A stretch of DNA of 64,000 nucleotides from Aquabacterium sp. (GCF_021768455.1 NZ_JAIZVX010000002.1:7765-71764), one strand, 5' to 3'; shown: positions 32,790 through 44,595, counted from the first letter of the stretch. Notes: a model not told the origin generated them from the letters alone. Made by a program: numbers and translations.

Positions 32790-34127
32790 TCAAGCACTCA
32801 GGCGAACGCGGGCGGCGGGAACCGTCAGGGTGAACGTCGAGCCCTTGCCCGGCTCGCTGCTGATGCGCAGTTCACCGCCGTGGCGCTGCACCACGTGCTT
32901 GACGATCGACAGCCCAAGGCCCGTGCCGCCCGTCTCCCGGCTGCGACTGCCGTCGACCCGGTAGAAGCGCTCGGTGAGACGAGGAATGTGTTCCTGCGCG
33001 ATGCCGATGCCGCCGTCTTTCACCGAGAACTCGCCGCCACCATCGGGCAGGTTCACCCACCGCACGTGGATGTGCCCACCTTCGGGCGTGTAGCGGATCG
33101 CGTTGCTCACCAGATTGCCCATGGCGCTGAGCCATTCACTTTCCACCCCGGCGATCTCACCGTGCTGGCCCTGCTCATCCAGCGTGAACTGCATGGGGTG
33201 GCGTTCTCTTGAAAGTCCGCGTGCATCGGATTCAATCCGTTGCATCAGGCGATCGGCACGCACCCAGCGATCCGGAGGCGGCATCGGGCTGCCCTCGATC
33301 TGCGCCAGGATCAGCAGGTCGGCCACCAGGGTCTGCATGCGCTCGGCCTGTTGCGACATCAGCTCGATCACCCGCTTGCGCTCGACCTCGGTCAGGGGCA
33401 AGGCCCCCATGGTCTCGATGAAGCCACTGAGCACGGTGAGTGGCGTGCGGATCTCGTGCGACACGTTGGCCACGAAATCGCGGCGCATCGTGTCGGCACG
33501 CTCACGCTCCGTGATGTCCTGTGAGATCACGACCTTCTGGTTGCCATCGCCATAACGCTGCACCTGGATCAGCAGGTGCCCGCCATTGCCACCCGCCTTG
33601 GCGCATTTCACCGCCTCGCCGTATTCACCGGCGGCGAGGTAGCGCACAAAGGCAGGTTGACGCACGAGGTTGGTGACCCGTTGCATGAGGTCGCGTTTCG
33701 GGTCGAGCCCGAAATGCAGTGCGGCGTTGGAGCTGATCCAGGTGATCTGCTCCCCCTCGTCCAGCATCATCACGCCGTTGGGCGACGCATCGATGGCCGA
33801 CAGGAACTGCGCCAGCCGAGCCTGTTCCTGCTCGATCTGCCTGTCCTTGAGGATCTGCACGCGCTTGACCCGGTGGGCCACCTCACCCCAGAGGCCGGCC
33901 ACCTTGGGCGGATCGGCTTCTGGCGTGCGCAGCCAGTCGAGCAGCATGTGCCCCTTGAGGGTGTCCATCGCCGAGAACACCAGCGCCGCCGAGGCTGAGC
34001 CCGCGAAGGCAAAAGCCGCCGGATGCTGAAATTGTCGCCCCAGCCACCAGCCCGCCAGGGCCCCACCGCCAGCGGTGAGCAGGCGCGAGCCCAGCCGCGA
34101 CAGCAACCACGAATTGCTTGAATCCAC
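32790..34127 (-). CDS. phoR: Phosphate regulon sensor histidine kinase PhoR
   Basis: PAS domain, H-box FVANVSHEIRTPLTV, NLVSNAIRY, ERFYRVD, GTGLGLSIVKH. Confidence 0.96.
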   Translation of the reverse strand: MDSSNSWLLSRLGSRLLTAGGGALAGWWLGRQFQHPAAFAFAGSASAALVFSAMDTLKGHMLLDWLRTPEADPPKVAGLWGEVAHRVKRVQILKDRQIEQEQARLAQFLSAIDASPNGVMMLDEGEQITWISSNAALHFGLDPKRDLMQRVTNLVRQPAFVRYLAAGEYGEAVKCAKAGGNGGHLLIQVQRYGDGNQKVVISQDITERERADTMRRDFVANVSHEIRTPLTVLSGFIETMGALPLTEVERKRVIELMSQQAERMQTLVADLLILAQIEGSPMPPPDRWVRADRLMQRIESDARGLSRERHPMQFTLDEQGQHGEIAGVESEWLSAMGNLVSNAIRYTPEGGHIHVRWVNLPDGGGEFSVKDGGIGIAQEHIPRLTERFYRVDGSRSRETGGTGLGLSIVKHVVQRHGGELRISSEPGKGSTFTLTVPAARVRLSA

Positions 34128-34145
34128 GATGAGAAGTGCCGTGTG

Positions 34146-34844
34146 TCAGGCGGCGTTGGCCAGCTGTTGGGTGAGGCGGTAACCGGCGCCGCGAACGGTT
34201 TCAATCAGTTGCGAGCGGTCCACGGGGGCCAGGGCCTCGCGCAGGCGCTTCACGTGCACGTCGACCGTGCGCTCCTCGATGAAGACGTGGTCACCCCAGA
34301 CCCGGTCCAGCAGTTGTGCACGGCTGTGCACCCGCTCCGGGTGGGTCATGAAGAAGTGCAGCAGCTTGAATTCGGTCGGGCCGATCTTCACTTCCTGATC
34401 ACCCCTGCAGACGCGGCGCGTGGCCGGATCCAGCTTCAGGCCGGCCACTTCCACGGCCGAATCCAGCGCCTGGGGTGCCTTGCGGCGCAGCACGGCCCGC
34501 ACCCGGGCCATCAGCTCATGGGTCGAGAAAGGCTTGGTCAGGTAGTCGTCGGCGCCTGCGTCCAGCCCGGCCACCTTGTCCACCTCTTCGGCTCGTGCGG
34601 TCAGCATGATGATGGGCAGCTCGCGCGTCCGCGGAGCGCCACGCCAGCGTTTGGCCAGGCTCAGGCCAGACTGCCCCGGCAACATCCAGTCCAGCAGGAC
34701 CAGATCGGGCAGCACCTTGTCGATTTCCAGTTGGGCGTCATCGGCATCGTGGGCGACCGTGACCTCGAACCCTGCATGGCGCAGGTTCAGGGCGATCAGC
34801 TCCGAGATCGCCATTTCGTCTTCAACCACCAGCACTCGGCTCAT
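34146..34844 (-). CDS. phoB: Phosphate regulon response regulator PhoB
   Basis: LLDWMLPG, GADDYLTKPF, IGPTEFKLLHFFMTHPERV, ERTVDVHVKRLR. Confidence 0.97.
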   Translation of the reverse strand: MSRVLVVEDEMAISELIALNLRHAGFEVTVAHDADDAQLEIDKVLPDLVLLDWMLPGQSGLSLAKRWRGAPRTRELPIIMLTARAEEVDKVAGLDAGADDYLTKPFSTHELMARVRAVLRRKAPQALDSAVEVAGLKLDPATRRVCRGDQEVKIGPTEFKLLHFFMTHPERVHSRAQLLDRVWGDHVFIEERTVDVHVKRLREALAPVDRSQLIETVRGAGYRLTQQLANAA

Positions 34845-34860
34845 GGTGTGCTCCCGGTTT

Positions 34861-35568
34861 TTATTTGATGATGGACTCAACCGCCTCGGGCGTGTTGTGT
34901 CGCACGTCCGTGCCCTTGACGATGTAGATCACTTGCTCGGCCAGGTTCTTGGCGTGGTCACCCACGCGCTCGATGGCCTTGGCCACAAAGACCAGGTCGA
35001 TGGACGCGGAAATGGTGCGCGGGTCTTCCATCATGTAAGTGATGAGCTTGCGCATCAGGCCGTCGAACTCGGCGTCGATCAGGTTGTCGCTCTTGATCAC
35101 GTCCAGCGCCACCGTGGTGTCCAGGCGGGCAAAGGCGTCCAGGGCGCGGCGCAGCGAGGCCGTGGCCAGCGAGGCTTCGAACGACACGTCGCTCACCGGC
35201 AGGCGCAGGCGGCTCGACACACCCGTGTTGATCAGGCGCTGTACCGTGCGGGCAATGCGGGCGGCTTCGTCGCCCACGCGCTCCAGGTTGCCGATGGTCT
35301 TGGAGATCGCAATCAGCAGACGCAGGTCGCGGGCCGTGGGCTGACGGCGGGCGATGATGGTCGACAGGTCGGCGTCGATGTCCATCTCCATCTGGTTCAC
35401 GCGGTCCTCGATCTCGAGCACCTGGCTGGCCGTCTCGCCGCTGAAATGCGTCAACGCGTGGATGGACTGTGCCACCTGGGACTCCACGAGCCCCCCCATC
35501 TCCAGCACGCGGGTGGAGATGCCGCTCAGCTCGTTGTCGAACTGGCTGGACAAATGCTTTTCGGTCAT
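34861..35568 (-). CDS. phoU: Phosphate signalling complex protein PhoU
   Basis: ARRQPTARDLR, LERVGD and IERVGDHAKN repeats. Confidence 0.97.
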   Translation of the reverse strand: MTEKHLSSQFDNELSGISTRVLEMGGLVESQVAQSIHALTHFSGETASQVLEIEDRVNQMEMDIDADLSTIIARRQPTARDLRLLIAISKTIGNLERVGDEAARIARTVQRLINTGVSSRLRLPVSDVSFEASLATASLRRALDAFARLDTTVALDVIKSDNLIDAEFDGLMRKLITYMMEDPRTISASIDLVFVAKAIERVGDHAKNLAEQVIYIVKGTDVRHNTPEAVESIIK

Positions 35569-35609
35569 GGCGATACTCCTTCAGAGCTTGTTGTTCGTGG
35601 GCAGGGGCA

Positions 35610-36395
35610 TCAACCGAAACGACCGGTGATGTAGTCTTCGGTTTCGGTGCGCTTGGGCTTCATGAAGATGTCGGTGGTGGCACCGAATTCGATCAATTCG
35701 CCCAGGTACATGTAGGCCGTGTAGTCGGAGCAGCGGGCAGCCTGCTGCATGTTGTGGGTCACGATCAGGACGGTGTAGTCACCCTTGAGTTCGTGGATCA
35801 GCTCTTCGATCTTGCCGGTCGAGATCGGGTCCAGTGCCGAGCACGGCTCGTCCAGCAGCAGCACCTCGGGCTTGATCGCGATGCCGCGGGCGATGCACAG
35901 ACGCTGCTGCTGACCACCCGACAGGCCCGAGCCACTCTGGTTCAGCTTGTCCTTCACCTCGTTCCACAGGGCGGCCTTCTTCAAGGCCCACTCCACGCGC
36001 TCGTCCATTTCGACGCGCGAAAGGTTCTCGAACAGGCGCACCCCGAAGGCGATGTTCTCGTAGATCGACATCGGGAAGGGCGTGGGCTTCTGGAACACCA
36101 TGCCAACCCGGGCACGGATCAGCGACACGTCTTCCTTGCTGGTCAGGATGTCCTGGCCATCCAGCAGGATCTGGCCTTCGGCGCGCTGCTCGGGATACAG
36201 CTCGAACATGCGGTTGAAGGTGCGCAACAGGGTCGACTTGCCGCAGCCCGAGGGGCCGATGAAGGCGGTGACCTTGTTCGCCGGCAGCTCCATGTTCACG
36301 TTCTTGAGCGCGTGGAACTTGCCGTAGAAGAAATTGAGGTTGCGGACCGACAGCTTGGACTTGGCGTCGGTGGCGTTGTGAACCTTGGCATCCAT
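35610..36395 (-). CDS. pstB: Phosphate ABC transporter ATP-binding protein
   Basis: [41 protein letters not shown]. Confidence 0.97.
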   Translation of the reverse strand: MDAKVHNATDAKSKLSVRNLNFFYGKFHALKNVNMELPANKVTAFIGPSGCGKSTLLRTFNRMFELYPEQRAEGQILLDGQDILTSKEDVSLIRARVGMVFQKPTPFPMSIYENIAFGVRLFENLSRVEMDERVEWALKKAALWNEVKDKLNQSGSGLSGGQQQRLCIARGIAIKPEVLLLDEPCSALDPISTGKIEELIHELKGDYTVLIVTHNMQQAARCSDYTAYMYLGELIEFGATTDIFMKPKRTETEDYITGRFG

Positions 36396-36433
36396 GGTTT
36401 GGATCTCCATCAAATCTGGTGAGGCCGGCCGCT

Positions 36434-37291
36434 TTAGCGCTGGCGGAACATGACGCGGGCGATGATGTTGAGCACCAACACACCGATGGTGATCAGGAAG
36501 ACGCCAGCCCAGGCCAGCTTCTGCCAGTTCTCATACGGGCTCATCGCGAACTTGAAAATGGTGACCGGCAGGCTGGCCATGGGTTGGCTCAGGTCCGACG
36601 ACCAGAACTGGTTGGACAGGGCCGTGAACAGCAGCGGCGCCGTCTCGCCCGAGATGCGTGCCACCGCCAGCAGGATGCCGGTGATGACGCCTGCGCGGGC
36701 CGACTTCAGTGTGATGGTGAGGATCACGCGCCACTTGGGCGTTCCGAGGGCGTACGCCGCTTCGCGCAGGGCCTGGGGCACCAGGGCCAGCATGTTCTCG
36801 GTGGTGCGGATCACCACCGGCACCACGATCAGCGCCAGGGCCAGCACACCCGCCCAACCCGAGAAGGAGTGGTTGCGGGCCACGACGGCCGAGTAGATGA
36901 ACAGACCGACCACGATCGACGGGGCCGACAGCAGGATGTCGTTGATGAAACGCGTGACGCTGCCCAGCCAGCCCTTCTGGCCGTACTCGGCCAGGTAGAT
37001 GCCAGCGAGGATGCCCACGGGCGTGCCGATGGCCGTCGCCAGGCCCACCATCATCAGCGAACCCATGATGGCATTAGCCAGACCGCCCTCTTCCTGCGGC
37101 GCCGGCGTCATCTCGGTGAAGGTGGCCAGGGCCAGACCGCCAAAGCCCAGGCGAACGGTCTCGATCAGGATCCAGATCAGCCAGACCAGGCCAAAGGCCA
37201 TGGCCGCGAGAGACAGGGTGAGCGCCACCATGTTGACCAGCTTGCGGCTGGCGTAACGCTTGGCGCGGATCGCTTGCAGTTCGGCGCTCAT
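36434..37291 (-). CDS. pstA: Phosphate ABC transporter permease PstA
   Basis: [37 protein letters not shown]. Confidence 0.96.
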   Translation of the reverse strand: MSAELQAIRAKRYASRKLVNMVALTLSLAAMAFGLVWLIWILIETVRLGFGGLALATFTEMTPAPQEEGGLANAIMGSLMMVGLATAIGTPVGILAGIYLAEYGQKGWLGSVTRFINDILLSAPSIVVGLFIYSAVVARNHSFSGWAGVLALALIVVPVVIRTTENMLALVPQALREAAYALGTPKWRVILTITLKSARAGVITGILLAVARISGETAPLLFTALSNQFWSSDLSQPMASLPVTIFKFAMSPYENWQKLAWAGVFLITIGVLVLNIIARVMFRQR

Positions 37292-38319
37292 GAACGCGCT
37301 CCTTCCGACTTCTTGAGGCGGGCCAGCAGGACCTTGGAGAAGGCCAGGACCACAAAGGTGATGAAGAACAGCACCAGCCCCAGGTAGATCAGCGAGGCCT
37401 GATGCAGGCCTTCACCCGCTTCGGCAAACTCGTTGGCCAGGGCCGATGTGATGCTGTTGGCGGCCTCGAAGACCGACAGCGAGTTGAGCTGGTTCATGTT
37501 GCCGATCACGAAGGTGACGGCCATCGTTTCGCCCAGCGCACGGCCCAGGCCCAGCATGACGCCACCGACCACACCGGTCTTGGTGTAGGGCAGCACGACC
37601 TTCCAGACCACCTCCCAGGTGGTGGAGCCCAGGCCATAGGCCGACTCCTTCAGCAGAGAGGGCGTGACCTCGAACACGTCGCGCATCACCGAGGCGATGA
37701 ACGGGATGATCATGATGGCCAGGATGATCCCGGCCGACAGGATGCCGATGCCCACAGGCGGCCCCGAGAACAGCGCCCCCAGGTAAGGCACACCGGCGGT
37801 GATGGCCTGCAGGGGCTGCTGCACGTACTCAGACAGGATGGGGCCGAACACCAGCAAACCCCACATGCCATACACGATGGAGGGCACGGCCGCCAGCAGT
37901 TCCACGGCAATGCCCAGAGGGCGCTTCAACCAGGCTGGCGACAGCTCGGTCAGGAACATGGCGATGCCAAAGCTCACCGGCACGGCAATCAGCAAGGCGA
38001 TGAACGAAGTCATCAGGGTGCCATAGATCATCACCAGGCCACCGTATTGGTTCTGGACCGGATCCCACTCCGAGCGCCAAAGGAAGCTGAGGCCGTATTC
38101 ACGGATGGCAGGCCACGCACCCACGATCAGCGAGCCGATGATGCCCAACAGAAGGGACAGGGTCAGGATGGCCGCAGCACGGGTCATCAAGGCAAACACC
38201 GCGTCAGCCCAAGGGGCCTGGACGCGGCGAGAAGGAGGATTCGTCATGGGGCGGCGTTGCGACGCGGTGTCTCGGCGCCCTGCGGCGTCGTCCATGTCGG
38301 CGGGAAGAATGGCGGTCAT
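37288..38319 (-). CDS. pstC: Phosphate ABC transporter permease PstC
   Basis: [34 protein letters not shown]. Confidence 0.96.
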   Translation of the reverse strand: MTAILPADMDDAAGRRDTASQRRPMTNPPSRRVQAPWADAVFALMTRAAAILTLSLLLGIIGSLIVGAWPAIREYGLSFLWRSEWDPVQNQYGGLVMIYGTLMTSFIALLIAVPVSFGIAMFLTELSPAWLKRPLGIAVELLAAVPSIVYGMWGLLVFGPILSEYVQQPLQAITAGVPYLGALFSGPPVGIGILSAGIILAIMIIPFIASVMRDVFEVTPSLLKESAYGLGSTTWEVVWKVVLPYTKTGVVGGVMLGLGRALGETMAVTFVIGNMNQLNSLSVFEAANSITSALANEFAEAGEGLHQASLIYLGLVLFFITFVVLAFSKVLLARLKKSEGARS

Positions 38320-38434
38320 TGGAAGCCTCCAGGGAAGGGCATCGCTGCTCAGCTAGGGGATACAGCTGGGCCGGACGCCTGTGTTGTGCAGGGCCCGGCG
38401 CTTTGTTTTGGGTGTCAGATGGGAATCAGCTGGC

Positions 38435-39469
38435 TTACTTGTAGGCCACGGCCTTGCCGCTGGCGTCCTTGATGCCGGCCCACTGCTTGCGGACCAGTTC
38501 CTTGACAGACGCCGGCAACGGCACGTAGTCCATCTCGGCGGCCGTGGCGTCACCCGTGCTGTAAGCCCAGTCGAAGAACTTCAGGGTACTCGTGGCCTGG
38601 GCCGGCTTGTCCTGCGACTTCTGCATCAGGATGAAGGTGGCACCGGTGATGGGCCACGCGTTCTTGTCGGCCTGCTCGGTCAGGATCTGGTAGAACGACT
38701 TGTTCCAGTCGGCGGCCGAGGCTGCGGCCTTGAAGGTCGCGTCGTCGGGCTGAACGTAGTTGCCCGCGGCGTTTTTCAAGGTCACGTGCGACATCTTGTT
38801 CTGCTTGGCGTAGGCGTATTCCACGTAGCCGATGGCGTTGGGCAGGCGCTGCACGAAAGCAGACACGCCTTCGTTGCCCTTGCCGCCCGCACCGCTAGGC
38901 CAGTTCACGGCGGTGCCTTCACCGACCTTGGCCTTCCACTCGGCGTTCACCTTCGAGAGGTAGTTCGTGAAGATGAAGGTCGTGCCCGAGCCGTCGGCAC
39001 GGCGAACCGGCGCAATGGGCGCGTCAGGCAGGGGAACGCCAGGGTTCAGGGCCACCAGCGCCGCGTCGTTCCAACGCGTGATCTTGCCAAGGTAGATGTT
39101 GCCCAGCACTTCGCCGGTCATCTTGATCTGGCCAGGCTGGATGCCCTTGATGTTCACCACAGGCACCACACCGCCGATCACGGTGGGGAATTGAACCAGG
39201 CCATCCTTGTTCAGTTCGTCATCCTTCAGGGGCATGTCGGAAGCACCGAAGTCGACCGTCTTGGACTTGATCTGCTTGATGCCGGCACCCGACCCCACCG
39301 ATTGGTAGTTGATGCGGGTCTGGGTGGCCTTGTTGTAGGCCGAAGCCCACTTGGCGTAGATCGGTGCAGGGAAGGTGGCGCCCGCACCGGTCACGTCCTC
39401 GGCCATCACGGCGCCGGTTGCCAGGGCCATGGCAACGGCCACAGCGGTGCGGATCATCTTGAAGCTCAT
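38435..39469 (-). CDS. pstS: Phosphate ABC transporter substrate-binding protein
   Basis: Signal peptide, GAGATFP, YQSVGSGAG, DFGASD, RRADGSGTT. Confidence 0.97.
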   Translation of the reverse strand: MSFKMIRTAVAVAMALATGAVMAEDVTGAGATFPAPIYAKWASAYNKATQTRINYQSVGSGAGIKQIKSKTVDFGASDMPLKDDELNKDGLVQFPTVIGGVVPVVNIKGIQPGQIKMTGEVLGNIYLGKITRWNDAALVALNPGVPLPDAPIAPVRRADGSGTTFIFTNYLSKVNAEWKAKVGEGTAVNWPSGAGGKGNEGVSAFVQRLPNAIGYVEYAYAKQNKMSHVTLKNAAGNYVQPDDATFKAAASAADWNKSFYQILTEQADKNAWPITGATFILMQKSQDKPAQATSTLKFFDWAYSTGDATAAEMDYVPLPASVKELVRKQWAGIKDASGKAVAYK

Positions 39470-39533
39470 GTGGATGCCTTTCCAGTCTCGTGTGACACGA
39501 CAAATTCGATAGGCTGAACTCTAGAAGGCAATT

Positions 39534-39551
39534 GTGACGCGTCCATGACAG
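39534..39551 (-). promoter_or_regulatory. Pho box upstream of pstS
   Basis: Minus strand CTGTCAT-GGAC-GCGTCAC, two half-sites 11 bp apart, followed by a TAGAGT -10-like hexamer. Confidence 0.75.
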
Positions 39552-39610
39552 CTTCTGCTGCTTCTGTCACAAACCTTGATCTTCGCTCGCGCACGCCTTG
39601 CATGACAAGG

Positions 39611-39640
39611 CCGTCACGGAGATGTCACGCCTTCGTCACA
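39611..39640 (+). promoter_or_regulatory. Triple Pho-box half-site array upstream of the fasciclin gene
   Basis: GTCAC at 39613, 39624 and 39635 (exact 11-bp period), then TATCGT at 39650-39655. Confidence 0.65.
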
Positions 39641-39707
39641 GAGCACTTCTATCGTGCGGGCTTGCTTCGAATCGTCCCGAAGTCAGCCCCCGTATGGAGA
39701 CCCCTGC

Positions 39708-40220
39708 ATGTTCACTTCTGCCCGTCTGACACCTTTCGCCGCCGCCCTGGGCCTTGCAGCCCTGATCGCCCTTGGTGGCTGCGCATCCACTGCTGGCGTG
39801 TCCGGCACTCCGGCCAACGTGGTCGTGGCAGCCACCCAGCACACTGATCTGGCGACCTTCAACAAGCTGGTGGCCCAGGCGGGCCTGAGCGCCGCGTTGG
39901 AAGGTCCTGGCCCTGTGACCGTGTTTGCTCCCACCGATGAGGCCTTCAAGGCGCTGCCCGCCGCCACCCTGGACAAGCTGGCAAAGGATCCCGAGGCACT
40001 GAAATACGTGCTCTCGTACCACGTGCTCCCTGCCAAATTGATGGCCGCTGACGTCACGGGGCCGACCAGCGTGGCCACCCTCGCCGCCGCCAAGGTTGCG
40101 CTGTCGAAGGCGGGCGACTTTGTCACCATTGACGACGGCCTCGTCATCCAGGCCGATATCGCGACCGGCAACGGCGTGCTCCACGTGATCGATCGCGTGC
40201 TGACCCCGCCGAAGAAGTAA
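39708..40220 (+). CDS. Fasciclin (FAS1) domain lipoprotein
   Basis: Lipobox LGGC, TVFAPTDEAF, LSYHV, DIATGNGVLHVIDRVL. Confidence 0.92.
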   Translation: MFTSARLTPFAAALGLAALIALGGCASTAGVSGTPANVVVAATQHTDLATFNKLVAQAGLSAALEGPGPVTVFAPTDEAFKALPAATLDKLAKDPEALKYVLSYHVLPAKLMAADVTGPTSVATLAAAKVALSKAGDFVTIDDGLVIQADIATGNGVLHVIDRVLTPPKK

Positions 40221-40261
40221 GCGCAGGCTCGCCCCAGCCATCGCCGCCTGGCGGCACAAAC

Positions 40262-40290
40262 AAAAAAGGGTGTCCTCGGACACCCTTTTT
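40262..40290. terminator. Bidirectional intrinsic terminator between fasciclin and glmM
   Basis: AAAAAAGGGTGTCC-TC-GGACACCCTTTTT. Confidence 0.88.
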
Positions 40291-40319
40291 CATGGCCGAA
40301 CGGGCCTTGATCACGCCGA

Positions 40320-41657
40320 TCAGTAGGGCGCCTTGACTGCTTCGACCAATTGTTCGGCACAACTGCGGGCCAGAGCCGGTTCGCTGGCCTCCACCATCAC
40401 GCGCAGAAGCGGTTCGGTGCCCGAGGCCCGGATCAGCACCCTGCCCTTGCCTGCCAGCAGCGGCGCCACCTTGGCCTGGGCCGCGGGCAGGTGCGGGTTG
40501 GCCTTCCAGTCCTGGCCGGGCTGCAGTCTCACGTTGATCAGCACCTGGGGGAAAAGGCTCACGCCCTCCAGCCAGTTCGCCAGCGGGCGCCCCGAGCGCA
40601 CCACGGCCTGCAGCACTTGCAGCGCGCTGACGATGCCATCACCCGTGGTGTGACGGTCCAGCGCGATCAGGTGCCCGGAGCCCTCGCCGCCGAGCTGCCA
40701 GCCTCGCGACACCAGCTCTTCCAGCACATAGCGGTCGCCCACCTTGGCGCGAACGAAGTCGACACCACGCTGCTGCAGGGCCAACTCCACAGCCATGTTG
40801 GTCATCAGGGTGCCGACGGCGCCTGGCACGGCTTCGCCCTGATCCAGTCGATCGGCCACCAGCACGTACAGCAGCTCGTCCCCATTGAACAGGCGCCCTT
40901 GCGCATCCACGATCTGCAACCGATCGGCGTCGCCATCGAGTGCGATGCCGTAGTCGGCACCGTGTTCCGCGACGGCCTTGACCAAGGCCTCGGGGTGCGT
41001 GGCCCCCACGCCTTCGTTGATGTTCAGGCCATTGGGCCCACAACCGATCGAGATCACCTCCGCGCCCAGTTCGTGGAACACATTTGGCGCCACCTGGTAA
41101 GCGGCACCGTGGGCACCGTCGACCACCAGCTTCAATCCTTTGAGCGAGAGGTTGGCGCCAAAGGTGGCCTTGCAGAACTCCACATACCGCCCGCGGGCGT
41201 CTTCAATCCGACGGGCCCGCCCCAGGCTGGCTGAATCCACCCAACGGGGCGGCTCGTCCAACGCTGCCTCCACCTGGGCCTCCCAGTCATCGGGCAGCTT
41301 CTCGCCTCGAGCCGAGAAGAACTTGATGCCGTTGTCGGCAAACGGATTGTGCGAAGCGCTGATCACCACACCAAGGCTGAGTCGCAAGGCGCGTGTCAGG
41401 TATGCCACACCGGGCGTCGGCAAGGGCCCGGTCAGCAAGACGTTCACCCCGGCGGAGGCAAAGCCCGCCTCCAGCGCCGATTCGAGCATGTAGCCCGAGA
41501 TCCGGGTGTCCTTGCCGATCAGCACCGTGGGCGACGGGTCTGTGCGACGCAACACCTGCCCGACCGCATGCCCCAGGCGCAGCACGAAGTCGGGCGTGAT
41601 GGGCGATTGGCCCACAGTGCCGCGGATGCCGTCGGTGCCAAAGTAGCGTCGTGTCAT
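40320..41657 (-). CDS. glmM: Phosphoglucosamine mutase
   Basis: [36 protein letters not shown]. Confidence 0.97.
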   Translation of the reverse strand: MTRRYFGTDGIRGTVGQSPITPDFVLRLGHAVGQVLRRTDPSPTVLIGKDTRISGYMLESALEAGFASAGVNVLLTGPLPTPGVAYLTRALRLSLGVVISASHNPFADNGIKFFSARGEKLPDDWEAQVEAALDEPPRWVDSASLGRARRIEDARGRYVEFCKATFGANLSLKGLKLVVDGAHGAAYQVAPNVFHELGAEVISIGCGPNGLNINEGVGATHPEALVKAVAEHGADYGIALDGDADRLQIVDAQGRLFNGDELLYVLVADRLDQGEAVPGAVGTLMTNMAVELALQQRGVDFVRAKVGDRYVLEELVSRGWQLGGEGSGHLIALDRHTTGDGIVSALQVLQAVVRSGRPLANWLEGVSLFPQVLINVRLQPGQDWKANPHLPAAQAKVAPLLAGKGRVLIRASGTEPLLRVMVEASEPALARSCAEQLVEAVKAPY

Positions 41658-41771
41658 GGGGGTATCTTTTCTATCAACCTGCGAAACGGGACGGTGATTG
41701 TCGCGCGAAACGGCCAGCGTGCGTTCGTTCAGGCGAGTGGCCAGCCTCACCATTTGGGGCAAGTGAGGCAG

Positions 41772-42605
41772 TCAGTCCAGGAAGCCCGCGGCCTGCCAGA
41801 CCTTCAGGACATCGACCGTCTGGGCCACATCGTGCACACGCACGATCCGAGCCCCCTTCTGGACACTCGCCAGGGCAGCGGCGAGGCTCGCTGCCAAACG
41901 GTCGCCCACATCTCGCCCTGTGAGGTGACCCAGTGTCGATTTGCGAGACCAGCCCAGCAGCAAAGGCCACCCCAAGGCCAGCACGCGCTCCTGTTCGCGC
42001 ATCAGCGTCAGGTTGTGCTCGGGCGACTTCCCGAAGCCGATGCCTGGGTCCAGCGTGATGCGATCGTGCGCAACGCCCTGGTCCAACAGCGCCTGCGCGC
42101 GCGCCTGCAGGAAAGACGTCACCTCGCTGACCACATCGGGGTAGCTCGGGCGCTGCTGCATGGTCGCCGGGTCGCCCTGCATGTGCATCAGGCAAATGCC
42201 ACATTGCGGATGACGGGTGACCGCCGCCTCGGCGCCTGGCGCCAACAGCGCGCGGATGTCATTGACGATGTCGGCACCGGCATCCAGCGCTCGCTGCATG
42301 ACCTCGGTCTTGCACGTGTCGATCGATACCGGCACCCCCAGCGTCAGGGCCGCTTTGAGCACACCTTCGATGCGAGCCCACTCTTCCAGCGGTTCCAGCG
42401 TGCGCGCGCCGGGGCGGGTGGATTCGCCGCCCAGGTCGAGGATGTGGGCACCGTCCTTCACCAGGCGCTCGCAATGCGCGATGCCGGCAGCGGTTTCCGC
42501 GTGCCGGCCGCCATCCGAAAAGGAGTCCGGTGTGAGGTTGACAATGCCCATGACCTGAGGCGTGCTCAGGTCGATGCGGAAGCGGGTGGTTTGCCAGATC
42601 GCCAT
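41772..42605 (-). CDS. folP: Dihydropteroate synthase
   Basis: MGIVNLTPDSFSDGG, GGESTRPG, DPGIGFGK, SRKS, RVHDV. Confidence 0.97.
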   Translation of the reverse strand: MAIWQTTRFRIDLSTPQVMGIVNLTPDSFSDGGRHAETAAGIAHCERLVKDGAHILDLGGESTRPGARTLEPLEEWARIEGVLKAALTLGVPVSIDTCKTEVMQRALDAGADIVNDIRALLAPGAEAAVTRHPQCGICLMHMQGDPATMQQRPSYPDVVSEVTSFLQARAQALLDQGVAHDRITLDPGIGFGKSPEHNLTLMREQERVLALGWPLLLGWSRKSTLGHLTGRDVGDRLAASLAAALASVQKGARIVRVHDVAQTVDVLKVWQAAGFLD

Positions 42606-42629
42606 GGAATACAAGACACAAGGGCCATG

Positions 42630-42652
42630 AAAAAACGGGGCCGAAGCCCCGT
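42630..42652 (-). terminator. Intrinsic terminator after ftsH
   Basis: Minus strand ACGGGGC-TTCG-GCCCCGT-TTTTT. Confidence 0.85.
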
Positions 42653-42690
42653 CTCGGTGAGGCCAGCACATGGCTAGCACTCGGTGTGCA

Positions 42691-44595
42691 TCACACGGCA
42701 GCCGGTGCGCCGTCGGTGCTCACGGGAGGCTTGGGGCCCCCGCTGGGTTTGTTGCTTGGCGGCGTCCAGTCCTTGGGCGGACGGGGCTCGTTGCCTTGCA
42801 TGATGTCTTCGATCTGGTCAGCGTCGATCGTTTCCCAATCGAGCAGGGCCTTGGCCATGGCGTGCATCTTGTCCTGGTTGTCTTCGATGAGCTTGCGCGC
42901 CAGGGCGTACTGCTCGTCGATGATGCGACGGATCACGCCGTCCACCTTGCGCATCGTCTCTTCCGACATGTTGGTCGTCTTGGTGACCGAGCGGCCGAGG
43001 AAGACTTCACCTTCGTTGTCGGCATAGACCATGGGACCCAGTTCGTCCGTCATGCCGTAACGCGTGACCATGTCCCTGGCGATGGCCGTGGCACGCTCGA
43101 AGTCGTTGGAGGCCCCCGTGGTCATCTGGTCCATGAACACCTCTTCCGCGATGCGGCCACCGAACAGCACCGAGATGGTCGACAGCATGCGTGTCTTGTC
43201 CATGCTGTAGCGATCGCCTTCAGGCAACTGCATGGTCACACCCAGCGCGCGACCACGCGGGATGATGGTGACCTTGTGGACGGGGTCGGTCTTGGGCAGT
43301 AGGCGGGCAACCAGGGCGTGACCAGCCTCGTGGTAAGCGGTGTTCTTGCGCTCCTCCTCCGGCATGATCATGGACTTCCGCTCAGGACCCATCATGATCT
43401 TGTCCTTGGCCTTTTCGAAGTCGTTCATCTCGACGACACGGCCATTGCGGCGGGCAGCGAAGAGCGCCGCTTCGTTGACCAGGTTGGCCAGGTCAGCACC
43501 GGAGAAGCCGGGCGTGCCACGGGCCAGGATGTCTGCACGGATGTCCTGGCTGACCGGCACCTTGCGGATGTGGACGTTGAGGATCTGTTCGCGACCGCGC
43601 ACATCGGGCAGGGTCACGTAGACCTGGCGGTCGAAACGACCAGGACGCAGCAGAGCCGGGTCCAGGATGTCCGGGCGGTTGGTCGCGGCAATCACGATCA
43701 CACCCAGGTTGGTTTCGAAGCCGTCCATCTCCACCAGCATCTGGTTGAGGGTCTGTTCGCGTTCGTCGTTGCCGCCACCCAGACCGGCGCCACGGTGGCG
43801 ACCCACGGCGTCAATTTCGTCGATGAAGATGATGCAGGGCGCGTTCTTCTTGGCCTGCTCGAACATGTCGCGCACGCGGGCAGCACCCACGCCAACGAAC
43901 ATTTCCACAAAGTCAGAGCCAGAAATCGTGAAGAAAGGCACCTTCGCCTCGCCAGCGATGGACTTGGCAAGCAAGGTCTTGCCGGTGCCCGGAGGGCCCA
44001 CCATCAGCACGCCGCGAGGGATGCGACCACCCAGCTTCTGGAACTTCTGCGGGTCACGCAGGAAATCGACCAGTTCCTTCACTTCTTCCTTGGCTTCGTC
44101 GCAACCCGCCACGTCAGCGAACGTGACGTTGTTGTTGGTGTCGTCGAGCATGCGCGCTTTGCTCTTGCCGAAGCTGAAGGCGCCACCTTTGCCACCACCC
44201 TGCATCTGGCGCATGAAATAGATCCACACACCGATCAGCAGCAGCATCGGGCCCCAGGAGACCAGCAGGCTCATCAGCAGCGATGGCTCTTCACGGGGCT
44301 TGACGTCAAATTTGACGCCGTTGTTGATGAGGTCGCCCACCAGGCCACGGTCCAGATAGGTGGCCGTGGAACGGATGCGCTTGTCGTCATTGGTGGTTGC
44401 AATGATCTCGGTGCCACCGCCGCCTTCTTGCAGCGTCACGCTCTTGATGCGCTTGGCGCGGACTTCTTCCAGAAAATCGGAATAACCGATCTGGTTGCCG
44501 CCTGTTGTGGCCCGGTCGAACTGCTTGAACACGGTGAACAACACCAGTGCCACAACCAGCCAGACTGCAATTTTCGAGAACCATTGATTGTTCAC
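42691..44595 (-). CDS. ftsH: ATP-dependent zinc metalloprotease FtsH
   Basis: Two TM helices, [15 protein letters not shown], second region of homology, HEAGH. Confidence 0.99.
   Translation of the reverse strand: MNNQWFSKIAVWLVVALVLFTVFKQFDRATTGGNQIGYSDFLEEVRAKRIKSVTLQEGGGGTEIIATTNDDKRIRSTATYLDRGLVGDLINNGVKFDVKPREEPSLLMSLLVSWGPMLLLIGVWIYFMRQMQGGGKGGAFSFGKSKARMLDDTNNNVTFADVAGCDEAKEEVKELVDFLRDPQKFQKLGGRIPRGVLMVGPPGTGKTLLAKSIAGEAKVPFFTISGSDFVEMFVGVGAARVRDMFEQAKKNAPCIIFIDEIDAVGRHRGAGLGGGNDEREQTLNQMLVEMDGFETNLGVIVIAATNRPDILDPALLRPGRFDRQVYVTLPDVRGREQILNVHIRKVPVSQDIRADILARGTPGFSGADLANLVNEAALFAARRNGRVVEMNDFEKAKDKIMMGPERKSMIMPEEERKNTAYHEAGHALVARLLPKTDPVHKVTIIPRGRALGVTMQLPEGDRYSMDKTRMLSTISVLFGGRIAEEVFMDQMTTGASNDFERATAIARDMVTRYGMTDELGPMVYADNEGEVFLGRSVTKTTNMSEETMRKVDGVIRRIIDEQYALARKLIEDNQDKMHAMAKALLDWETIDADQIEDIMQGNEPRPPKDWTPPSNKPSGGPKPPVSTDGAPAAV

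Noticed and set aside
38320-38434. Hairpins between pstS and pstC, and between psrA and the FabG4-like gene (12100-12185)
   Set aside because: Consistent with ordinary mRNA-stabilising stems in GC-rich DNA; no shared sequence between them to suggest a repeat family.
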